A stretch of DNA of 64,000 nucleotides from Rhynchopus sp. YZ270_cl-10 (Eukaryota), in the NCBI GenBank assembly GCA_964035575.1, contig OZ037845.1, positions 1,240,001 through 1,304,000 of the forward strand. The letters are read 5' to 3'. Of this stretch, positions 1-11,708 are shown one piece after another. Both the position numbers and the translations under genes were made by a program. The stretch's first letter is position 1. Every line of letters starts with the position of its first letter. Under the pieces are notes generated by a model that was not told the origin of the DNA, did not search any database, and saw only the letters and a program-made list of their open reading frames with translations.

Positions 1-166
1 ACTGTGTATACTGTGTATACTGTGTATACTGTGTATACTGTGTATACTGTGTATACTGTGTATACTGTGTATACTGTGTATACTGTGTATACTGTGTATA
101 CTGTGTATACTGTGTATACTGTGTATACTGTGTATACTGTGTATACTGTGTATACTGTGTATACTG
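1..166. repeat. Perfect 9-bp minisatellite (ACTGTGTAT)x18.4, truncated by the window start
   Basis: 18 exact units plus ACTG read directly. Confidence 0.97.
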
Positions 167-596
167 CGGAAATTGACCAAAAACGAGAACTTGTCCATTT
201 CGGCGAATTGACCCCACCACTGGCCGGACGGATTCCGGAAATGCAAATGCCGGCGTTAAAAAGCTCACCAACGAAAAAAAAAAATTTTTTTTTCCAACAC
301 CCGTGGGGAAAAAAGTTTTTATACACCACCCCCCCAAAAATGCATGCTAACAAAGTGCTAACAAACTGCTAAATAATACCCTTTTTTTTGGGTTCAGCCA
401 CACCAGTGATGTAAACGAGAAATATTATGAACTGAAGAAAAGCCCCTTCACTCCTTCACATTCTTTTTTGGAACTCCAGAATTAAGTTGCCCTTTCTCCA
501 CAGGGAGTTCACCGTACACCCAACAACCCCCCTCCAGGAGAACGAAAAGGGGAGGATAAGGGAGGGGAAGATTATCCAACGACAAACCGCAATGCT

Positions 597-2264
597 ATGG
601 GTGAGCGTTCTGAGAAGAAGAGATTGAGCCATGCGGTGCGTGTTACGGGGATGACCGGGCATGTCATGATGACGATGCGCCGCAAACAGAGTGCCGTGGT
701 GCGTCCGAAGCTTACGTCATTCCGTTCTTATGTACGCGTTGTGCAGGTTTCCATCCGCATCCACGCAGAGCTGAAGCGCTCGCTTAACCCTCGCGAGAAG
801 GCGCATTTCCACGATCTCTACTACCGTAATACCTCCTCCTTGCAGAGCCTCGCCAGCATCGAGCAGGTCATCTGCAGTCAAAGCATCACCGTCTCCACCT
901 CCTTCATCTTCGACACCCTCCGTTGGCTTGGCTGGCAAGAAGGCCATGTCCTCTCCCTCTTCTCCTTCCTTAAGCTCATCTCTGACGTAAAATACCACAT
1001 GAACCGCTGCATCGGGCAGGAACTACAAGAAGCGTTTCTGGCGATGCGCGGTAACGACGTACCTCAAACACCTCCTATGCAGGATCTGGATGAAAGCAGA
1101 ACGATCCATGAGCCTGCCAACGAGGTGCCTTCTGTAACGGGAAGTGCGATTCAAAAGGCGTGTGGTGAGATAGGTCTGGCGGTTGCATTGGAGAATACAA
1201 AGAAATATGATTTTGAAAACTTTAGCACCGCAGTAGTAGGCGATGCGTCTCGAAAGACGTTGGACGATACGCAAAACGACGTTCACATGCAGGAACTGCT
1301 GTACCACGGTGAGGCTGCAGCAAAGAGGTTAATGGGCTGTCGACGCACCTCCGATCACCCAAGACGGAGTGAGCTTCAGTACAAAACGGTGGACGATATT
1401 TCAGTCATCGCAGAACAGTCAGCATACCTAGAGGAAAAGCTTGCGTCGCAGATGAAAGTAACCTCTAAGCACACTGTTGCAGCAGTATTAGCGGGGGTCA
1501 AGCTAACCAAACTTACCAAAGCTGCAAAACAACAGCAAAAAGCATCCCCAAGAGGGATGTTGACCGCACACCCTTCGTTATTGCAGACCATGAAGAAACC
1601 GAATTTTGCGCAGTCCAGAGAGGTGTCGTTTCGGAAGAAACGGATTAGTGTTGTGTCCGCAACATCGTTGTCAGACCCAATGTTAGCTTCACCGTCGCAA
1701 GCGACGACCCCTATGGGGGTGGAAGAGGCTGGACGTGCATTTCCTTATCCCGAAGAAGAGATCGATGGACCCATACACAACGACAACCAGCACATCCCCG
1801 AGGAAGTGCACCCTACCGAAAACATTGATTGGGTAGAAGAAAAGCAGGCGTCCTGCGCATTGGTGGTGCGAGAAGAGGTCGGGCGACCCCAGCACCCACC
1901 TCCACGAAGCTATGCAAGGAGTGTACGGGATTGGCGCGACTCCATGACAATAGATGAAGTAAAGGGGCTCTTAACTGAAGAGCAATTTGTAACATTCTTG
2001 GCAATAAAGAAGCAGCTGAAGCGGGAAAAGATGTTGAAACCGATTGCGCGTGTACATCCTACGCATCTAACAGTCACCACCAGCCCACCCGCTATACCAA
2101 AGCTAAAGTCCAAACCTGTCCTCTGTATAAAAGAACCCGAACCGACTCGCCTTCGCGTCGCAGCCTGGCTGCGTAACGACTCCTGCAGGCGGCAGATCCC
2201 TCCAGTCAAAGACCCAACACTGTACCCCTTTTACAAGAGCCGCGTCGCATTGGAGTACTCATAA
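597..2264 (+). CDS. Hypothetical protein, ~555 aa (start codon uncertain)
   Basis: Long uninterrupted ORF between T/A-rich intergenic DNA; no family recognised. Confidence 0.75.
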   Translation: MGERSEKKRLSHAVRVTGMTGHVMMTMRRKQSAVVRPKLTSFRSYVRVVQVSIRIHAELKRSLNPREKAHFHDLYYRNTSSLQSLASIEQVICSQSITVSTSFIFDTLRWLGWQEGHVLSLFSFLKLISDVKYHMNRCIGQELQEAFLAMRGNDVPQTPPMQDLDESRTIHEPANEVPSVTGSAIQKACGEIGLAVALENTKKYDFENFSTAVVGDASRKTLDDTQNDVHMQELLYHGEAAAKRLMGCRRTSDHPRRSELQYKTVDDISVIAEQSAYLEEKLASQMKVTSKHTVAAVLAGVKLTKLTKAAKQQQKASPRGMLTAHPSLLQTMKKPNFAQSREVSFRKKRISVVSATSLSDPMLASPSQATTPMGVEEAGRAFPYPEEEIDGPIHNDNQHIPEEVHPTENIDWVEEKQASCALVVREEVGRPQHPPPRSYARSVRDWRDSMTIDEVKGLLTEEQFVTFLAIKKQLKREKMLKPIARVHPTHLTVTTSPPAIPKLKSKPVLCIKEPEPTRLRVAAWLRNDSCRRQIPPVKDPTLYPFYKSRVALEYS

Positions 2265-2644
2265 TGATATGGATTGGGCTTGGCGTCAGTTTGTTGAATC
2301 CTTGAAAAAAAAATGGAAGTGACGGCAATGCTGGGTTTGTATGGTATCTGATTGTTTTCAGATCAACTTTTTTTTGTCTTTTTTTTCAGCGCTTTCCAGC
2401 GATTTTCCTTTTTTTTTTTGCGGTTCATGTTCAAAACAATGTGATATCTCTACTTTTCTCCTTTCAAACCCATTTTTTATCCAAAATCACCAAAATCACC
2501 AAAAAACAATCACACCAGGGAAAAGGGGAATAGAAGAAACAAAAGGATAGTGTTGTGCATCTCTCTCTCTCTCTTTCTCTCTCTGTGGATCTATTCGCTC
2601 TTCTAGATCTCTTCCACACAGAGTGGAACTGAAGTCGCGCAGCA

Positions 2645-5600
2645 ATGAGCTGCGTGCAAAGCTCCACCCTGCTGGCGTCGCCCCTGACCAGTGTCTCCTC
2701 ACACCATGGGCAGTTTGTCAGCTCCAAATCTGAGAAGCGTTTGGCTCGCATCCAGGGCCTCATGGTGCAGAAGGTGTCACGTCTTTACAAGGAGCAGACT
2801 GGACGCAAGATAACATCCTCAAAGGTATAGATTTTTTGATGTTTTTTTTCAGATGTAAACCACAAAATGGATGTACTGGATGGTTGGGTGTCCACCCCCC
2901 CGGTACAGCCGGTCATTGTATCGTGCACTGTTCACGAGAGGGCTTTTGTATTTCAAGTCAATTTTTTTTTCATTTCACAGCTTGTTTATATGCAAGAAGA
3001 GGTCGATCGGATATTAGCGTCGCGTAACCCAACTGATAATGATTTGCAGAAGTTGGTTCAGAAGTTAAAGCATCAGAGCGACTCGAGGAGCGAACGTCGT
3101 TCGGACGTCTCGCTGGGGTCGATTGAGGGTGGGAGGGAGGGGACGACGTGTGTCAAGGCACCGCCCATCAGCAGCAGTGTGGGCATGGCTGCGTCAGACT
3201 CATCGGAGCGACGCTCGGAGATTACCCCCTCGCGGCCAGCACTACCACCACCGTCGTTGCCACCTGGACACCAGACACGCATCCGTCACGTCAAAAACGA
3301 TATGTGGGCTAAGCTTTCTCGTAAAGACCTTCAAGACTACGAAAAAGAAGAGCAACAGCGCAGGCAAAAAGCGAAGGACCGCATGATGCAGCAGAAGCAC
3401 TCCCTCGATGCGCAGATCATGCAGCAGACAGAGCGGAAGAAGCGTGACCAGCACGATGCAGATGTGGTTCTCAGCACAGAGTCGAAGAAGCTGGAGCAGT
3501 GGCGGGCACAGAAGGATGCAGACGACCGTCAGAAGCGGATGGTATGCAAAGATTTCCCCAAAAACTTACGCCTTTCCCCCCCGCTTTTTAGGTTCGTATA
3601 AAGTGATTTTTTTGTCAATTTTCAAAACGGTTACGTTTTTTTTGACAGACCCAAACGAAACCCCCATAACAGAGCTACGAAAACGAAAAGAAAGAACGTG
3701 ACGAGCAGCTTCGTGACCTCGACATTCGCCGAAAACGCGACGAAGAAGACAAGAAGCATGAAGAGGAGCTTATCTCCGCTAAGATCCAGGTTTGTGACTT
3801 TTTTTTTTTTATCAACGTCTACTCAGGGATTTTTCTAATTCTGGATTGGGATTCAGGCCTTTTGCTAACTTTGGGATTTTCCCCAGGAATGGCATGATGG
3901 TCAAAAAAAAATAATTTCCTGGAAAAAAAGTACATTCCGAGCTTTCCCACCTGGTAAAAGCGGTCGTCGCGCGCTTCGCGCGCGCCTCCCTGACAGCCAC
4001 AGGGTGGAGAGGCGAAGGGTCAGCTTTGCAAGATAACAAAAAAAAAAAAACGGAATCTAATCCTTGTTTAACGGTGCTTGGTCTTGCGCCTTACGTACAC
4101 TAACCGTACAAAATCACTACGTCTTCCAGAAGCAGGGGCTGTTGCAACGGTTGGGTCATTTTGAAATAACAATGGTCAAATTTTTGCAGCTTGGGTCAAG
4201 TTTCATTTCTGGCTGCAAAATGCAAGGGAATCCCCTTAGACATTGTAAAATGGCACCGTAGGCAGGAAGAAAATAGGCGTACAGCGCGAGCGAAGCGAGC
4301 GGGAATTTTTTTTTTAGGTATACCTCCGCGAGCGCAGCGAGCAGAAATATTTTCAGGCCATCATGCCATCATGCCATCATGCCATCTGGGGGGAAATCCC
4401 CAGGTGATGGAGAGCGAAAGCCCTGCCCCACCACCCCCCGTGGCATGATGGTGGCATGATGGAAAAAAAAATAAAAAACGCCCAAAAACGTGGCATGATG
4501 GCATGATGGTTAGCAAAAGGCCTGATTGGGATTGGGATTTCGGAAAAATAAAAAAATTCCCTGAAAAAAATTCCCTGTTTTTCCCTACAGCAATTTCAGG
4601 TATATTCTACTCCACCCCACCCCCAGAGAGTTTCGCCTGTGGGATGCGATCGATCAACGCGATCAAATAAAGCGAAAAAAGGGGAAAAGGAAAAAAAAAA
4701 AGTCCCGGATTTTTGAGGAAAAAATTGGCTCTGCAGGCGGTTGCTGTTGTTGTGGGTGCGGATGTTCACGTCAGTTGCAGGCAAACGTCCAGCATCAGAG
4801 ACATTTGAGGTTGTGCACAAGAAGAAGGAGAAGACGTGTCAATCGCATTCAATTATGAGGGTTGGAAGACGGAGGAGATCTCAAATGTTGCGTACCGTGG
4901 CTTCGCCAGGAACCTTTGGGTGCCATGACTGCCGTTTCTTTCATAAATGTACCGAGGTTACTGATAAGGCTGACACACTACGGATTGTGGTTCACCCCTC
5001 CCCACCTGCCTTTTGTGCATCAGAGGGGAGAAAGCGCCACGCCTCCCTGCACTGGCAGGGAGTCGCGCGTGTGAAGCGCGCGCAGCGACCGCTTTTACGG
5101 GGGGAAAGCTCGGGACCCCAAATGACCCCCTGCGAGAGCCCTGACGACATATCTGGAATTTTTTTTTCCCCCCCCACAAGAAAGTCAAAAAACAGCCCAA
5201 AAACTATACCAAAAAAACAGGGAATTTTTTGGATTGGGATTTCGGAATTTGGCCAAAAAGGGACGGATTTAGAGATATCCTTGCGTCTACTTCAAGACCA
5301 ACCTTCCACTTTTATTCATTAATTCACCACAAACACACACCACTACAGCGTGAGCTCGAAGCTGAGCAACGTGCCACAATGAAGAAAAAGCAGACCGCCA
5401 AAGACAATGTCACAAAGTATGCTACCTCCACATCGTACACTGCATATTACACACCATAGGTACATGGAATACAACGCAGAGCAACGTGCACTGAAGGACT
5501 CTCAAAAGCAGAAGGAGTTTGAGCTGGACAAAGAGCTGCACAAGATGTACATCGACAAGCTGGAGCGGCAGGAACGAGAACGGGAGGTCGGGCTGAAGAA

Positions 5601-6172
5601 GCTTTATGACAGACAGAGCAAGCAGGTACACCACTACCACCACCACTTTACCCTTTTCGTCTCTCCATTTTCTCACTTCAATTATATTATTTCAGGTTGC
5701 AATGGGCTCAAGAATGGCTGCAGGTCTTGCGGAGCGTGCACAAGAAGATGAAAGACGTGCTGCTGCAGAACAGGAGCGAATGCTCGAAAAGGTACAGCGT
5801 CAAGAACGCCACCGCCTGCAGGCCATTACTAATGAGAAGGAAAAGATTAAGTCGTACCTTGCGAAGCAGATCGAAGAGAAGGAGAAGCGGAAGATAGCGG
5901 AGAAGACGGAGTTGCTGGAGTTGCGTGAGACGCTGATGGCAGATGTCCGGGCTGCAGAACAGCAGGAGAAAGACAAGGCTCGCGCGAAACGGCAGAGAGA
6001 CGTCGCAAACCGGTCTGCCATCGAACACCAAATCCTTTCAAAGAAGCTCTGTTCAGAGGCAATGACAAAGCAAGAAAGACTCATCAACAGACAGCTCCTC
6101 CGCCGTCTCACAGACTTCTCCGACGATGACGATGCAATCCGGAAACTCTCGAAAGAGGAGGAAATAGAGTGA
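2645..6172 (+). CDS. Coiled-coil protein, trichohyalin-plectin-homology-like, probably flagellar; 6 exons: 2645-2824, 2981-3541, 3673-3789, 5349-5416, 5460-5625, 5696-6172 (~522 aa)
   Basis: All five introns are GT-AG and the join keeps one frame; E/K/R/Q-rich heptads (e.g. YEKEEQQRRQKAKDRMMQQKHSLDAQI). Family call is by composition only. Confidence 0.8.
3824..5283. mobile_element. Non-autonomous hAT-like TIR element inside intron 3790-5348
   Basis: 8-bp TSD CGTCTACT (3816-3823, 5284-5291); imperfect TIRs CAGGGATTTTTCTAATTCTG vs revcomp CAAGGATATCTCTAAATCCG (15/20); subterminal CAGGGAATTTTT repeats. Confidence 0.8.
3854..4524. mobile_element. Nested 671-bp MITE
   Basis: Perfect 16-bp TIRs CAGGCCTTTTGCTAAC / GTTAGCAAAAGGCCTG; flanking 9-bp duplication ATTGGGATT; internal TGGCATGATGG / CCATCATGCCA repeats. 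Confidence 0.88.
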
Positions 6173-6616
6173 AAATAACAAAGTTATCAAAAAAAAGGGG
6201 GGGAAAGGAGGTGATCAAAATGATTTCACCAAATATACGAGAAGATAACATTAACATGTTTGTCAAGTATTGCATATTTCCCCATAATTTATTTTGTAGT
6301 TGGGGAGGGAACTATAGGAGAAAACAGAGGGGGCGTTCCCGTCCACACAAATTCTTCCGAAATTGATTTTTTTTTTTTTTTTTTTTTTTTTTTGTAAAAA
6401 ATACAGGCTCTCCGCTAGGATTCCCGATTTTGAAAATATTCTGTTGATGGTCCACGTTGGTGGGGTACATGCTTGCGCCGCAGGCGCACGGTACGCAACT
6501 TTTTTTTTTTTCAACGCCCGATTTTGACTTTTTTGGGACGTTTGAGCACTCACCTCTCCATATCTTCTTCTCCTGAGCTTTTTTGACAGGTAGAACGGGT
6601 CTGAACCACTCAGCAG

Positions 6617-6651
<35 letters not shown>

Positions 6652-7001
6652 CCCCCATTTTCAAAAAGTTCTGTTGACAATCAACAGAACTTTAGTACCT
6701 AGCGGAGTGCCTGAAAAAATAGCTATTTTTCCATCCTGTTTTCATTTACCCTGATTTTTTGTTCATTTTTTTTTTTCTCCCCCCTTTTTTTTGTGTGTAT
6801 TTTGTTTCATGAGTGATTTTCCGTTCTCTTCTCGGAGAACTGAGGGAAAAAAAAATACACCAGAATTTTTTGAAATAACAAAAAACATTTCCCCCCACAC
6901 CATCCTATTCTCCTCCTCCTCCCTTCCACACCCTTCTCCATCTTCTCCGTTGTTCAAAAAAGCTATATTTGGAAAAATAAACCCTTTTGATCCCTCCCCC
7001 T

Positions 7002-7394
7002 TATGTTCCTTGCCTACAGCCTCCCTCATTGGCAACCGTATGCATGCCAATGAAGTGCTCTCTGGGGGGTTCGATACCCCCCGCGAAGTTTCTGCATCCG
7101 ATGTACGGCGTTTTTGCACTATTTCAACTTAAATTTTACTCATTTCACTCGAAATCTCGCTCCTTTTTTAAAACAACACCTTTCAGTACCAGGAGTGCCT
7201 CAAAATGAACCGGTGATCACCCTCCCACCAGGCCTGGTCACCCCAGAAAATACTTTCCTCGTTTTTGATTGTGTTCGCAGCACAGCGGCCCCTCTTAAGG
7301 TAAGCACCACAGCGATTTTGAGGAAGCTGCACCTCCGACATCATCGTGTCCACACATTCTTTTCGAAGAACAAAGAACAACTGCACGAAGCCAA
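7002..7394 (+). pseudogene. Internally deleted duplicate of the upstream region and three coding pieces of the LRR gene at 11709
   Basis: 7002-7232 matches 11539-11746; 7232-7368 matches 12361-12500; 7364-7394 matches 13263-13294; the ATG is replaced by GTG (7195). Confidence 0.88.
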
Positions 7395-7586
7395 GTTAGT
7401 GACATTGTTCACGTCACGTCACCTCACGGCACACACCACATCACTGCGCAGACTCTTTTCTTCCCCTTCCTCTTCACACAAAACCCAACCCCCGCCCGCA
7501 TACCCAAACACTTGCCCTACGTTTGTTTTCCCCTGTTTTTATTCGTTTTGTTTTGTGCTGTTCCCCAACCCCCTTTCTCTTTAAAT

Positions 7587-10523
7587 ATGTCTCCTGGTGT
7601 GGATGACAGAAGTGTACCCCTGCCCTTGAATGAACAACAGGCTACCTCTTCCATGGCTGGTCTAAAAGACTCTGTTGCAGAAAAGGAAGAAGTTGTGAGG
7701 AAGCTGCGGACAGAGGAGGAGAAGCTGCAGACAGAGGAGGAGATGCTCAGTGATCACTTCTATGTCTTAATCCGTTGTGTTCAGGAGAACACGTTTACTC
7801 GCGATGCCTTGGGTGCTGCTGCGAAGTATTTTGTAGATGTCCCACCAAGCGAGGCCGATGTACTCGCCAGAATCTCCAAGCTCAAGAAGGAGGAGGAAGT
7901 GCTCGAGAAGAAGAAGGAGGTATGACTCTTATTTTTGTAGTTTCTATTCACTTAACCTTTGGGTGGGTCATTACATGTGGTTGTACTGTCTGTGTGGCGT
8001 AGGGAACCTCGGACTTTTTGGAGGCACGACGAGTGCTTTTTACGCCACTTGTATTTTCCTACTATCAATTTATTGATTGCATATGTTGAAAATACCATTT
8101 CGTATTTTATTTTTCTAGCATGACCCATTCGCAACATGTCTGTGTTGGGGTTGCAAAGTCGGCAGTGGAGATGTACAGTGTGGTGCAACTGTGCTTTTGA
8201 TGTTATTGTTTGTAGTTTTGCACATTCTTTCCCCTTCCGCAAACAGGGGGTTAGCAAGCAGCTGTTGAGCGTTGAGCAGACAATAGTGTTGATGAAAGCT
8301 CCGCAGGGCCCAAGTATTAGTGAGGTATGTGTGTTTTTGTTTCCCAGCCTCCTTACTCACGTGCATTTGCAGGTGCTGAAGAAAATTGTGCAAACTGCGA
8401 AAACCTGTGAAATGAAGGTTCCTCCTGAAATGAACGCAGTGCGGTTCGGTAGGGAAGGTTTCGACAAGGTCGTGCTGGATACTGTGAAAGAAGTGTCAGG
8501 TACATGCGACATCATCATCCAGGACACACGGGCCCTGGTGATGGCGTGTGCATCTGGTGTGGGGAAGACTTACGCCACACAGACGGTGCGGTGGGGTTGC
8601 CAGCAGCAGAGCGACGCGATTGAGGTGGTATCTGCATACCTTGGGTTTAACAGCTTGTCAAGGGTTACTTGGGGTGAGGAAGCCTACATGAAGGATGGTG
8701 GTTTTGTGGAGGCTGTCGTTCTACGTCGTCTCCTCGTGTGGCTTACTCGCGTTTGTGAGGTCGACAGTATTTCAGAACTGGATTCTGAGGGCACAGCTGT
8801 GCAACGACAGGTTGTGATACCTGATATGGAGGACGCTACCCTCTGTGTACTAGGTGACGACGGAATTGATGCCCTTAAGGCCCTGCGTCAGAGCGTCACA
8901 GAGTGTTTGATGAACCTAGCAAAAAAAGTCAGAGACGAAGAAGGGAAGGAGCTGGTTGTCCTTGCAGTGGTGGATGAGGGGCAGTTCCTCGATGAGTTTG
9001 TTCCAAGGGAGGATGGAAAGAAGGTAGGGGCACGGTTGGCGCTGCGATGCCTTCGGGAACTGCAACTGGCAGTGCACGATAACTTAGTGTTGCTCCCAAT
9101 ATGCACTGGGATTAATCCTGCTGTCAGTCTGGAAACAAAGACAGAGGGCGAAAACCGTGTCCTTGGTAAGGAGGAACAACTCTTGATGCTGCACGACGAG
9201 TGGCTGAAGTTCTGTGCTGGTGTCATGGAGAAGGAGTTTTTTGATACGCTGACAGACTATCAGTTTAAATGCTTTGCAGCACTCGCGTGGCCTCGGGCAA
9301 GGGAATTCATCCGTATGCAAAAGGGCAAGAGGTACAGTGTTTCGTCAGCTGCTGCTAGCTTGCCGTGGGGGGATGCGGATGCTGAAAAGGTGGAGAAGCA
9401 TGCTCGACGGGTGCTCAAAGCTGCTGCGGATATGAAACCTCTGCCCATGAGTGATGTACCTGCAAACATGGTTCGTCTTGATGCCGTTGACAAGACACGC
9501 CCTATTCTCGACTTTGCCTCCCTCGATAGCATCATGGACTGCCTTGGTCTAAATAAGACTACATTTCGTCTACCAGAAAGTGTCTCTGTCAACGACTTGA
9601 AGGGCGGGGACTGGGGTTCATTCGAGAAGGTTGTGTTCAATTCACTAGCAATGTTCGCAGGACTATTTTACCACAAGCAACCATCCCCTGATACTTACCT
9701 GCCTTCGGAGCCAAGCACCGGTGTCTTACGCGCTTGGATCCCAGGAGGCGCTGCCAAATTCGTGTCAATCGATACCCTAGAAACACCGCGAGGGCACCTG
9801 CATCCCTACGCCAAGAGTAAGACTACACTGAGCAAAGGCTTTAAAGGGGAGCTGGAACTGTTGAAGAACAAAGGCGACACTGTGCTGCTTCACTGTGTAG
9901 GCAAATCTCCACTTGACTTCATTCTGGTGAAGTTGGTGGAGGTGGAGGTGGAGGTGGAGGTGGAGGTGGAGGTGGCGAAGGCGAAGGCGAAGGCGAAGGC
10001 GAAGGTGAACAATGAAGAGACACAGACGATAGAGACACGGACGATTGCAGTGAGGTTTGCTGACGCGAAGAACGCGGACGAGGACGAGACAACCGTGACG
10101 AAAAAGATTCTAGAGACAGAGCGAGACATGATGACGGTGAGGGCATTAGAAGCTTACAATATTATGAAGTGCTGTGCCGAAAAAGCAAAATTCGACAAAA
10201 GTACAGCGGGTTATGCCAAAGTAAAGCTCGAACCCTTCAACAAGGATCACTTTCTGCTGGTGACGAATAAACGTGTAGGCAAGATGTCGGCGAAGGGGGC
10301 GAAGCGCATCATGAATCCTGATACTACTGAGTGGCTCCCAATGACCCAGGTGTTGTTTGGGGCGCTTCCCAGCTCAAGTCTGTTGGGATCGCGTCCCATG
10401 TGGCCAGCGCTCTCTCAGCTCTCGGAAATTCCCAGGCATACGTGGAGCACACCGCTGCCGCAGACTGGAGCTAGGATGACGAGATATGCACCGGTCTTGC
10501 GCAGACTCTGTAAACTCATTTAG
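7587..10523 (+). CDS. Crinkler/RHS (CR)-type P-loop NTPase + restriction-endonuclease-fold protein; exons 7587-7919, 8247-8324, 8373-10523 (~853 aa)
   Basis: Walker A ACASGVGKT, Walker B LAVVDEGQ, 'AYLGFNS' strand, later 'WPR' arginine motif; C-terminal PLDFIL...VRFADAK resembles PD-(D/E)xK; coiled-coil N-terminal header; GT-AG introns in phase 0. Confidence 0.7.
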
Positions 10524-11708
10524 ATGACGAACTCCTCAAGAGTAGGGCCGGTAGGGGTCGGGGCTGCAAGTATACGTATTATACGAAAAATATGTTACAA
10601 CGTATCCCCCAGCCGAACTTTCGGCTGGGGGAGGAAAAAGCTAAATATACGTTATCTCCTGGCCTGCAACGCTCTCCCGAGTCCCACATATTCCCAACCC
10701 CACGTGGATCACACCGTTGCCACCGACCAGAACAAGGACGACAAGATGGGTGCCATGCTTCCGAAGAATCTGCAAACACATTTAAATGACCAAACTTCCT
10801 AACCAGTCAAGGCAAATGTGTGCAAATGTAACAAAAAGAGAACATTTCCGTCCAAAGGGATGGTCTTTGTATGAAAAGTGGTACCACTCCCCCCCAGCAT
10901 CGAAAGCAAAACATATGTGTAAGAAAATGGGTAGAACCTGGCGAAGGGCTTGGCGGCGTTGGGTGTCACGAAAAGGTACATTTGGAGGTGTGGGTGAACA
11001 AAGCGTCACTTTTGATGAAAGTAGCACCCCAGCCCCCAACACCGAAAGTAATATCAGATGCATAAAAGTTTTCGATAATTGCGTCTTTTGAAAGATCGGC
11101 CACATAAAAAAAAAAGAAAAAATGTTTGTACGAAAATGAGTTGAACCTGTCTCAAAGCGGGAAGATTTGGATAAGTCAGACACAACGGGAAAAAAAAACA
11201 ACGAGAAAGTTATAGATCGAGGTGTCTGTGATGTATTGTCGAAGCAAGTGTTGGCAACCCTAATATAGTGGTCAAGCGTGAGGTAGTGTGGAAGACATGC
11301 TCAACCGCATGCCCTGTTCACGAGGCAGGTATCAGTTCTACAACTGGTGGAGTTCCCAACCAAAAGAAAAAATAGTGGAGCACACTCTAGGGTGGCTACA
11401 CTAATACAACCAAGTTTTCAAAAAAAAAACCCCCCAGCAATTCCCCCACGAAAAAACCGAAAAATTTTCTTTTGATTTTTTTTTTTCAAAAGTGAGGTTT
11501 AGCCTCAGTTCTACTATGGTGTACAAATCTCTGATGAGTATGTTCCTTGCCTACAGCCTCCCTCATTGGCAACCGTATGCATGCCAATGAAGTGCTCTCT
11601 GGGGGGGTTCGATCCAGTATCTGCATCCGGTGTATGACGTTTTGCACTCAACTTCAACTTAAATTTCACTCAATCCACCCCCCCTTTAACACCTTACAGT
11701 ACCAGAAA

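Noticed and set aside
1..166. Telomeric repeat
   Set aside because: No G-run/C-run unit; euglenozoan telomeres are TTAGGG.
4..372. ORF (YTV)n 122 aa
   Set aside because: Translation of a 9-bp minisatellite running into A/T tracts.
7064..7082. tRNA gene
   Set aside because: Only a T-arm-like hairpin; no cloverleaf or acceptor stem.
10524..11110. Short ORFs downstream of the CR gene as an antitoxin or partner
   Set aside because: About 100 aa or less with no recognisable features; more likely UTR or decayed insertion.
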